In this document: positions 21,706-32,964 of the stretch, one piece after another
Layout: each line of letters starts with the position of its first letter
How positions within the stretch are numbered: position 1 is the first letter of the stretch
The notes under the pieces: generated by a model
Told to the model about the DNA's origin: nothing
Database searches by the model: none
What the model saw: only the letters and a program-made list of their open reading frames with translations
Program-made: the position numbers and the translations under genes
Assembly: GCA_002245135.1 (NCBI GenBank)
Contig: NGBS01000652.1
Location: forward strand, 1-35,496
Length of the DNA: 35,496 nucleotides
Origin: Proteromonas lacertae
Taxonomy: Eukaryota
Direction of reading: 5' to 3'

Positions 21706-22768
21706 AATGACTTCCACCATTTTCAATTTATTATCACTTTATTATCACTTGTATTACTTAATCGATTTATTTTTATACTTCCATGTCGAATTAAATTCTT
21801 CCCTTTTTTCTTTTCTCGTTTTTCACTTCTTTCTCTCATTATTTGTAATAAATATTTACCTCTTTCACCTTTCCCTTTAGGCAATTCAAAGAACTTTCGC
21901 ATCTGTTCTTCATAGGCTGTTTCCATCAAATCATTTGGATTTATTATGGATATTGAAGTACCACATCTTGGTCTTTGAATTGGACTTGTTATTTCACCTG
22001 CTGATTTACGATTCTCTCGACCTTTTGCAGTTTGTCTTACACAATCAACATAACTATTGAATCTTTGAGCTCGAGCCTTTTTACGATCACTTTTACTTTC
22101 ATTTATTTGTTCTTCACCCACTGTATTACTATTACTTCCATTTGTCATATCATTCGATTGTAATGAACCAGAAGAACAATATGATGATGGAGTTTGTTGT
22201 TGTTGTTGTTGTAAAGAAAAATCATCATTTATTCCAAATATATCTTTATTACATTCATCTGGTTTGAATATCTGTTTTAATAATCCACTTGGTCTAGTTA
22301 CTGTTGAATCTATTGCATTTCTCTTACGATTTTGTTGTTGTTGTTGTTGTTGAATATGTGTTCGAGAATTTCGAATCCATTTCTCTAATCCATTGTGAAG
22401 TAATTCTCTTACTTTCCAATGATCTAACGTTACTGCATTATTCACTTCATCATCTGTTAAGATTAATTTGTGTTTATTTGTATATATTAATGGATTTATT
22501 CCACATTTCGTTGTCCAACGATGAACTCGAGCTTGATCTAAAGTCATTCGATTTTCTATCTCTTTGGTTAATAATTTGGTTATTAAATCTATCAAATCTG
22601 GATCTGTTCCTTTAGGAAATGAAGGTGTTTTGGAATGAATTGCTTGAAATAATTCTACTTGTGTACTACCAATAAATGGTGGTTCACCAAATAGAAAGTA
22701 ATATAATGATATTCCCATCGCCCAAATATCACTCAATGGATTTATACTTGCTGAAGCTTCCCATAATT
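21706..22768 (-). pseudogene. Near-identical partial copy of exon 3 of the kinase-PP2C gene (30695-31759), same orientation
   Basis: ORF 21723-22736 is identical in protein to the matching part of ORF 29352-31862. I saw 3 substitutions and a 2-nt deletion that creates the TGA at 21723-21725. Confidence 0.95.
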
Positions 22769-23024
22769 AGAAGTAAATACAATTTATTCTTATCTACTCT
22801 AATTATAACATATACTATTACCAATTCATACATATTTAGTTTCTAAGAAAATATTTACTTCTAAAACACTGTTAGTATATAATTTTTCATTGATTTTTTA
22901 TGCACCACATATATATTCCACTATTATGTTTATCAAACACTCTCATATACTTCTTACAATTCTATATGAAACATACTTCTTTCAAATTATTACACTTATT
23001 TTCATATGTGAGTTCTTATGTTTA

Positions 23025-23157
23025 ATTTATTTAAACTACTTTCATCTTTGTTTATCTTTCATCCATCTTTTAAATCAAGAAAATTCATTTCTATTTTGAC
23101 AATGTCATTTACATGTATTATTTACATTTTCATTCTTTTCAAACTCATTTCATCATT
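23025..23157. repeat. 133-bp repeat R, also at 26196-26328 and (shorter) 15579-15686
   Basis: TTTATCTTTCATCCATCTTTTAAATCAAGAAAATTCATTTCTATTTTGACAATGTCATTTACATG... occurs three times in direct orientation. On the minus strand it contains a 35-nt GT..AG intron-like segment. Confidence 0.9.
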
Positions 23158-24652
23158 TACAGCTTATTATGTAATAAAATTTTATAATACATAACTGACT
23201 TTAAACAACAAATAGATTGTGGACTTAAATAAAAGGTGATATTCTTCATATCAAAGAACTAGTGTTTATGAAAGAAGTTATCAGTAAATTAAAGGTAATG
23301 TAAATAATAATAACAAATATAATCTTGTTATTAGCAATTCAATAGTATCAGACAACAATATAACAATATAACAATGAGGAGTTTGCAGATATAGTAAAAC
23401 ATACTACAGGACATATAGTCATTATCTTTGGATGTATAGCCCACTTTTATATCATAAACAAACATATTTCAGAATTGCCAAAATATAAAGTAATATTGGA
23501 CTATTACAACAACATACAACATAAAATAAATACTTGCAAAAGTGTAATAGAAAATAATTATGAAAAATAAGGTTAACTTCAAAAAATCTCCTGTTATAGA
23601 GTCTGAAAAAGAGAAAATTAAAACTCTGGTAAATCAATAGTATTGGATTTACTGATCTAATGATAATGCATTAGTCCTTTAAAGCCTAAGATTGCGTAAG
23701 TAATGGAATAACTTTAGTTAGATAGCCTAGAAGAAGATGCAAAAACAATTTTCCAGCTTGAAGTTTGTATTTCAATCTTTTCAACTATACTATCTAACTG
23801 CTTACCAACACATTTATTATTCAATCATAAACTATATAAAACAATAATTTTAATAATGACTTTGCTTTAAAATAGTTTGTGAGTCAACAGAAATTACAAT
23901 AATAATATTAGATTTTTATAAAAGTAAAAAATCTCATATAATCACATTTTTCATATTGGATTTTATATTAGACTGATTCTATATTATCATCTTCATACAA
24001 TAGATTTTCTATTTTATTGGAATTTACATAGGAAGAAATTTCTGGATATTTAAATAGAGTCCATTTGTAAATTACCTGTAAATTGAATATATTATGTATT
24101 CAACTTTGCATAAATTTTTATTTTTATATTACTATTGATATAAATTATTTCTTCAAAATTAGATAAAGCAATTGTTTTTCTAGTATCTTCAAAAAATTGT
24201 TTTTGAAATAGTATATCATTGTTTAAATTCATAATATAGGTTGTTGGAAGATATTTTAAATAGTCGTGTTATTCAAATTTTAAATCATTAATACATTATT
24301 TTTAGAATTGAATTTTATTTGTTAAATTTCTATATTGATAAAATATTGTATCAGAATGAAGTATTTTATTTAAAGGAATTGTATTTTTACAAAATATATC
24401 ATTTATTTTACTAAGGGTATTAGTTTTTCTGTTTTTGGAATGCATATATTTGTCCTTCAAATAGATAAAAATTTCCTGGTTTGATTGTTTTTTTTATTTT
24501 TATAATCTTAAGTGTATTTAATTATTGTGCATAACTGTTTAATAAATTAATTATATTTATTATTTTCTCAAGAGATTAATAAATTATTTTATTTATTAAT
24601 ATCTAATTAGCGACAATTAATCTCTCTAAAAATTAAAATTATAAAAACAATA

Positions 24653-26022
24653 AATGAAGAAATTTCTAGAACATTCTGAAATTGAAATTCATTTATTTTG
24701 CTTTATTTCCATCTTATAATCAATAATCAATATATTTATCAATTAATTAGATAAAATAATTATTTTAAAGATGTATGGAGATGAGTTAATTACTACCTAA
24801 AGTGAAATACTCACTCTGAGGTAATATAAGCATATGTATCACTATATATCAAAATAATAATACAAATATTCAAAATTAATCAAATAATAAACTACAATTT
24901 TTCACTTTAATCTTTTCATTGTTTTTCGTTGGTTTTGATTTATATAATCTCCTTTACTTATCAACAATTGAATAGCACGACGAACTGCATAACCATTTAA
25001 ACCTATATTCTCTAACTCTCTTATCAATTTATCAACTACTACGATTGAACCAACACTTAATCGACGATTTATACTATTCTCAGCTTTCTCTATCTGTTTC
25101 TTTAAATCATCACTTAAATTATCACTCATTAATACTAAACCACTTCGACATGCATTCATTGTACTTTCATTAAATAATCTCATCGCTTCTTTCACATTCT
25201 CTACACTAGCATTCATATTTAAACTCATCTTAGCTAAACTTTCACTTATTCGAATTATTGCTTCTAATTGACGAATTGTTATTGGAATTGAAGGATTGGC
25301 ACTTCCTTCAGCATTAGCTCTAATTCGAACATCTTCACGGATTTTTACATAATAATTTTTTAATTCTTCCATTCCTTCATTACTCAAACGAGGAGCACAA
25401 TTATGTCGACAGTAATTTATATATTTCTTTAATAATTCATTACTTATTATTCCATTTTCATTGTTATTATCATTTACACCATTATTATTCATATTCATAT
25501 TTAAATGAATGTTGATTATATGATGAGCCATACTTTTATCTCTTTCTTCATTTCGAATATCTCGAACTATAAAGATTAAATCAAATCGACTTAGAATTGT
25601 TGGTAGAAAATCGATATTTTCACTACTACTTTTACTATCATCATATCTTCCATAAACTGGATTTGCTGCAGCTAATATACTACTTCGACTATTTAATATT
25701 GTGGTTATTCCAGCTTTTGCTACTGATATTGTTTGTTGTTCCATTGCTTCATGGATTGCTACTCGATCACTTTCTCTCATTTTATCAAATTCATCTATAC
25801 AAACTACACCTCCATCACCTAATACCATTGCACCACCTTCCATATCTAATGAACTTCCTTTACCACTTGTATATATACCGATTAGAGCTATTTTTTCTAC
25901 AAATTTCAAGAATTGACTTTTAGCTGTTGATGGATCTCCTAAAAATAACACATTCACATCACCTCTTAATTTCATTCCATCAGGTAAAACTTTTCTACTT
26001 CCACCAAATAACAAACAACAAA
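24653..26022 (-). pseudogene. MCM5: Inverted partial duplicate of MCM5 (AAA+ and C-terminal region plus 3' flank), matching 34085-35496
   Basis: ORF 24902-26026 matches the + strand MCM5. The N-terminal domain is absent and AAGLTASVIKDSNGEFYL is replaced by LDM; identity continues to the last base of the window. Confidence 0.93.
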
Positions 26023-26574
26023 ACACTTATTTCACATAATTCACATGAAATAAATACATTTATAACTTCAACAAAAACACATTTTACTCAACAACACATA
26101 TTTAACATTCCAGTCTTCATATAATCGAGAAAATGCACTACAACATCTCTTTTATACTCATTTCCTATATATTTAGATAAACATTCATACAATTCATTTA
26201 TTTAAACTACTTTCATCTTTGTTTATCTTTCATCCATCTTTTAAATCAAGAAAATTCATTTCTATTTTGACAATGTCATTTACATGTATTATTTACATTT
26301 TCATTCTTTTCAAACTCATTTCATCATTATTTCTATTCTGATTTAGTTTTTTGTATATTTATAAGTATATCTATGCATAGATAGGTAATATAAGCAAAAG
26401 AATATTTGTTTAGTAAATATCACAATTTGTGAGTGAATAGAATTATAGAATAACCGAATTGAAGTAAAGATGTTATTATTAAACAAAAATTCACAGTATT
26501 AAATGTTAGAAAAGAAATACAAAATAATACATAAAAATACATAACAATACAGTATTAAAATTTGATAAAAAGAA

Positions 26575-28908
26575 ATGAATGAAATGAAGAAGATAATAAA
26601 GCAGATACAACCGAATTTAGAAGTATTTAATATATTGTATATATAATGAAAATAGATAAGAAGAGAAGTGAAATTGCTGAAATTTAAGAGTATTTATGAA
26701 ATGAAAGTGTCAAATGAAATAAAAATCATAAAAATGTATGAATTGAAGAAGATTCCAAATAATAAATTGATGAAATATAAAGAGAATATGTTAATGATCG
26801 AAAATTTAAGTGATAAATATATGAAAAGTGAAGTGAAAATGAGTGATGATAATAACTATGTAATGATAAATCGAAATAAATATGATATTGATTTAAAATA
26901 TCTGATATACAATAGTGAAAATGAGATATCCGTGAATGATGTGATATTATCAATATGTGAAACAATGAATATATTAAATGAGAGTGAAATATATAATATG
27001 AATTTGAAAAGTTCCAATATAATAAATGAAAATGGTTTAATGAAAATGTGTGATATTTGTTTAAATGAATTGAGAAATGAAGATGAAATGAGAATAGAAA
27101 TGAGTAAAATGGATTATATAAGTTATGAAGAATTGATTGGATTAGAATGTGATGATAAAAGTGTGATTTGGTCAATTGGCTGTATATTATATGAAATGAT
27201 TTGTAAGAAATTACCATTCAATGAAGATGATAATATGAATAAAACAATAAATAACATAATAGAATGTAAATGGAAAGTGAAAATCTGTATAAATACATTC
27301 TATTACAATATTCTATCCCAAATCTTCGTAAAAGAAAAATCAAATCGAATGAGTATAAAAGAGTTGTATAAAGAAATGATCAAGATGAGTGAAATGTGGA
27401 GAGATGAAGATAGTAATGTAATGATGTGTAAAGAAAGAAAAGAAATGTTATTGAATATTGATTATTTACTAGAAATAACACCATTTAATTTTCAATCAGA
27501 ATATTATCTTCAATATAATAGATATGAAAGTATAAATAATACTATAATTAATATTTGAATAGAAATTCGAGATTCATTGATAAGATCTTACAACAATAAA
27601 GCAAATGATAGAATATTATCAATATTAATGATGATGAAATTATACAAAATAGATTATTCAATAAAAAACAGATTGAAATTTCAAATTTATCACAAATGTA
27701 GAGAATGTGTAAAAGAATTTTATTTAGACAAGAAGATGTTTAATCTTCGACGTTTTCATGGTAGTTTTTACATTGAATTAAGGGAGTGTTTCTGTTGTGA
27801 AGAAGGAATGAATTATTTCTTCAGGATATTGAAGTTAATCAATCCAACACACTTCAAATTTTGTATAATTCTAATCATTTTATTTGTATAGATTATCTAT
27901 CAGTCAATAATCATCAATTATTATTTGGGTCTTTATTCTCTCAGTTATCAGATCTACAAGAATTAGATTTATTTGATTATCATCTTACTTCTGATTTTGT
28001 TGAATCATTTGTTAAATCAATTCCATTCATGAAATTGAAATATGTAGATCTTCGATGTATTAATTTGTTTTAATATTCCTTGAAATAGATAATCCAATTG
28101 GTCTAATAGGATTCATATTATTAATTCCATATTTACATTTATTAATTAGCAAATATAATGAATTGAATCTTTATGAAATGGATTTAAATGATGAATCAAT
28201 GATATTATTATCATCAGAATTATATAAATATCCCAATCTTGAGAAAATAGATATTAGATTAAACTGGAATATCCATTCAAAAGGATTCAAAGCATTATTC
28301 TCCAAATCTTTCGTTTTTAAAATAAAATTTGATTTTAATATCAATAACAAAGAATTACTTATTGATAAAGATATTCCAGAATTAATCAAAAAAATCCAAG
28401 ATGATAATTATAATTTATTATATTTATCCAAATTTCAAATTGATGATGATTTTTTCAAAGATTTTATTTTATTAAGATTAAATGAGTTTAAAAAAATAGA
28501 GGAATTAGATTTGAGTAGTATAATTTGATGTTTTATATGTTGTTTAGATAACAAATTAACACATAAAAGTGTTGAAATACTGATTGGCAATTTATCTTCA
28601 TTTCCAAATCTTAAATATCTTGAATTATATGGAAATGAAATAGGAGATGAAGGAATGAAAATATTATCTCCACATTTACATTTATTAGGAAGTTATATTG
28701 ATTGTTTAAGTATATTTATTGTTGTGTATATTATATAGATATGGGATTATCTTCAGTTGGATTGAAGTATTTAGTAGATGGGCTTAAGAATATTCATGAA
28801 GAGATTAATCTTGATATAAGAAACAATAATATAGATTTTGATGGAATAAATTACTTAGAGAATTTTATGAAAGAAAATAAAAATATAATTAAACACTGTT
28901 GTTATTAA
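26575..28908 (+). CDS. Pseudokinase fused to RNI-like leucine-rich repeats; 7 exons, apparently intact
   Basis: Introns 26623-26655, 27530-27562, 27863-27891, 28057-28088, 28518-28547 and 28710-28738 join in frame. Kinase fold with NMNLKSSN (no HRD), CDIC (no DFG), IWSIGCILYEM; LRRs such as LKYLELYGNEIGDEGMKIL. Confidence 0.85.
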
Positions 28909-29046
28909 ATTGAAATAAAAATTATGAATTTCTTTAAAAGTAAAAACATAAATTATTCTAATGTTGTTTAAATTCCATTAATATTTAAATACAAAATGAA
29001 TAACTAAATATTTATTTATTAACAATAACCAATTAATTTTAAATTA

Positions 29047-32000
29047 TTAAATATCAAAATCTATATCTTGATTTAATTTGTTATGATCAAAAAAGATTAT
29101 TATTGCAGTTATATTATCATTAGAACCACGCAATAAAGCTTCTTGAATTAAACTATCACAAGCATTTTGAAGATCATTTGTTTCATTGATCTTTTCTAAT
29201 ATAAAATTCACTACTTCTTGAGATGTCATTGAATCATATAAACCATCACTTGCTATTACGCAAAATATATCATCATTTATTAAGATTTCTTCACTTACAT
29301 CAGGTTTCTATTCATTTATAATAATATTTATATATATATATATATATATATTCATACAACTGTTAATGGATCATCTAAAAATCTTTTTCTCCAACATTTT
29401 TCTTTTAACAATTTATATTCAATATCACCAAATCCACGACTAACTCCCAATATTCCATTTAATCGATTATTTGTTACCCAACCACCAGCACTTTCAATTC
29501 TCAGCTTTTCATCTGGTAGAAACGGTTTGTGATCTTTTGTCAAATCAACTGCTTCACCATTCCTGCATAATACAACTCGACTATCACCACTATGACTTAT
29601 ATATAATGTACTTTGACGTAATAGCACTACAGCTCCTGTACTTCCACTATAATCAATATGAGCTTGTTTGATTAGATTCTCCATATGATTTAAACATTTT
29701 TCACCACTTAAAATTGTACTACTATTATTTATACTATGTTGGGATTGTTGTGTTAATTGTTGTTGTTGTTGTTGTTGTTTCATTGGATTTGGATTTAAAC
29801 TATCACCTGATAATAATAATAAATTATCTTTATCACTTTCACCATTTTCTTTCCCTTTTAATATCACATTTGCACTTTGGCTTCTACTATTACTATCAGC
29901 TATTGATACTCGACGACTTTTATTATTCATATTACTTGGACTTATTATATTTGTTGGACTTACACTGATATTATTAATTGTTATAGATTGTAATGGAGAT
30001 ATTACATCCACCGATTTACATCCATATAAATCATAATTCATTGGTGATAAAGAATTACATTTCATTAAGATTGAATGATGATTTTCATTCTTTTTACGAT
30101 TATTACAACTTTCTTCATATTTCAATACTAATTTCTTATACAAATTTATATCTAAATCATTTACACTATTATTTATCCATTCTTTATCTAATTCTATAAA
30201 TGTATTAGTTAAAGCATTTAAAGTATTTCTCATAAAATTCGGTTGTTCCATCAAAATTCGAGGGAAATTCTTACATAAAAATTCTGCACATTCACTTCCA
30301 TTATGTCCATCAAATACTCCAAATAAACCTTGTTCTGTACTTACTTGTTTTGTATAATTATTATAATCCAATATACATAAATGACGATCTTCCATATAAT
30401 TTGGTGGACCTTTTATTGCACAAGTTGCTACTTTTATCATTAAACTATCATTACTCATCGTTGTACTGACATTCACTGTTCGAGGTAATACTCCTTTATA
30501 TTTCGATACTTTACGATTCACTAGTAAACTATCTACTAAATCTTCCATAAATAAATCACCACCACTTAAATTCTCTAATTCATAATCACTTTCTGAATCA
30601 TTATCAGATAATGATGAAGCAGATCTTTGAGCTCGGCTTGTTCGTTTTAATGCTTTGTGAGTGTCAAACCTTCCTGCTGAACTTGATCGTTTTAAATGAC
30701 TTCCACCATTTTCATTATTTATTATCACTTTATTATCACTTGTATTACTTAATCGATTTATTTTTATACTTCCATGTCGAATTAAATTCTTCCCTTTTTT
30801 CTTTTCTCGTTTTTCACTTCTTTCTCTCATTATTTGTAATAAATATTTACCTCTTTCACCTTTCCCTTTAGGCAATTCAAAGAACTTTCGCATCTGTTCT
30901 TCATAGGCTGTTTCCATCAAATCATTTGGATTTATTATGGATATTGAAGTACCACATCTTGGTCTTTGAATTGGACTTGTTATTTCACCTGCTGATTTAC
31001 GATTCTCTCGACCTTTTGCAGTTTGTCTTACACAATCAACATAACTATTGAATCTTTGAGCTCGAGCCTTTTTACGATCACTTTTACTTTCATTTATTTG
31101 TTCTTCACCCACTGTATTACTATTACTTCCATTTGTCATATCATTCGATTGTAATGAACCAGAAGAACAATATGATGATGGAGTTTGTTGTTGTTGTTGT
31201 TGTAAAGAAAAATCATCATTTATTCCAAATATATCTTTATTACATTCATCTGGTTTAAATATCTGTTTTAATAATCCACTTGGTCTAGTTACTGTTGAAT
31301 CTATTGCATTTCTCTTACGATTTTGTTGTTGTTGTTGTTGTTGAATATGTGTTCGAGAATTTCGAATCCATTTCTCTAATCCATTGTGAAGTAATTCTCT
31401 TACTTTCCAATGATCTAACGTTACTGCATTATTCACTTCATCATCTGTTAAGATTAATTTGTGTTTATTTGTATATATTAATGGATTTATTCCACATTTC
31501 GTTGTCCAACGATGAACTCGAGCTTGATCTAAAGTCATTCGATTTTCTATTTCTTTGGTTAATAATTTGGTTATTAAATCTATCAAATCTGGATCTGTTC
31601 CTTTAGGAAATGAAGGTGTTTTGGAATGAATTGCTTGAAATAATTCTACTTGTGTACTACCAATAAATGGTGGTTCACCAAATAGAAAGTAATATAATGA
31701 TATTCCCATTGCCCAAATATCACTCAATGGATTTATACTTGCTGAAGCTTCCCATAATTCAGGAGCCATAAAGGCAGGAGAACCATTCACTTTGTTTTCA
31801 CGAGTTAATCTCGAGATACCGACGATTGTTTGTTGTGCTTCACCAAAATCACTGATTTTCACTTTTCCACTATTTGTTACTAGTAAATTTGATGGTTTTA
31901 TATCACCATGAACGATTCCTTGTTGGTGTAAATATGTTAAACCTTGAATTATATCACGAAAATAACTCCAAGCAGTTTTCTATATAAATCAATATAAATA

Positions 32001-32863
32001 TAAATCACTATACAGTTTCTAAAGGTCGACATTTAATAGCACTTTCTGGTAAAGCAACTCCTCCTTCAACATGTTCTAAAATCAAATAAACTTGATTACT
32101 TCGTGGATCATCTATTACTTCATATAATCTAACTACATTTGGATGATTGAGTTTTTTCATTATTGCAATTTCTCTCATTAAACATTCATTTGCAGTCTAT
32201 ACATATAATAATAAAATAAATAGAAATTTATATTTATACTGGATCAGTATGACCTGTTTTTATTGATTTATTTAATATTTTTATTGCATATTGATTTTTT
32301 GAAGGATCTTCGCACAATTCTACTTTACCATGAGCTCCTGCTCCTAATTTCTTTATTATTTTGTATTGATTGATATGTCTATTGCCACTTTGATCTACTT
32401 GTAACTTTAATAGATTTGTTTGTTCCATTGGTTTATCAATTGTTACATGTCGTTTTAATTTTGCATGAACATTTTCACCTATATCACAAGCTATTGTACT
32501 GTTCTTTTTTGCATTTTCTTGAGCTTCTCTTTCATGGGATGTTGTGGAATTTCGAGGTGATTCATTTGTAAGCCAATCATATACTTCAGGATTATCACAT
32601 TCTTCAGAACAATAAGACATACCAACTGATCCTATTGATTGACGTGCATGTCTCCCACCTACAACAGATTGACCTATTGGTCTGACTGAAGGTTTTATTA
32701 TATTGTTAGATGATGATGGTAGATTTCGAGATGAATTTTGTTGACTTCCACCATTTTGGTTTTTAAAAGCATTCTCATGTATATATAATTTCACTGTTTT
32801 AATTTCAACACCTGATTCAAAAAAATTTGGAACAATCACAGGGCTAGAACCGGTACAACCCAT
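29047..32863 (-). CDS. CaMKK/GRIK-like Ser/Thr kinase fused to a C-terminal PP2C (PPM) phosphatase; 4 exons, ~1229 aa
   Basis: Introns 32197-32239, 31980-32013 and 29308-29357 join in frame. Kinase: GAGAHGKV, YAIK, EIAIMKKLNHPNVVRLYEVIDDP, HGDIKPSN, DFG, APE. PP2C: MED, DGHNG, GDSR, DHKP, SDGLYD, GSNDNI. N-terminus MGCTGS. Confidence 0.92.
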
Positions 32864-32964
32864 TATTTTCTTTCCAGAATTCTAAATTCACGAAATATTA
32901 ATAAGAATTAAAAAACAAACTGATAAAAAGCTTGAAGGCTTGTCATTCAACATTTTATTTTTTA
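32864..32964. promoter_or_regulatory. 101-bp divergent intergenic region, probable bidirectional promoter
   Basis: Start codons of kinase-PP2C (32863, minus) and MCM5 (32965, plus) are head to head. Confidence 0.5.
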
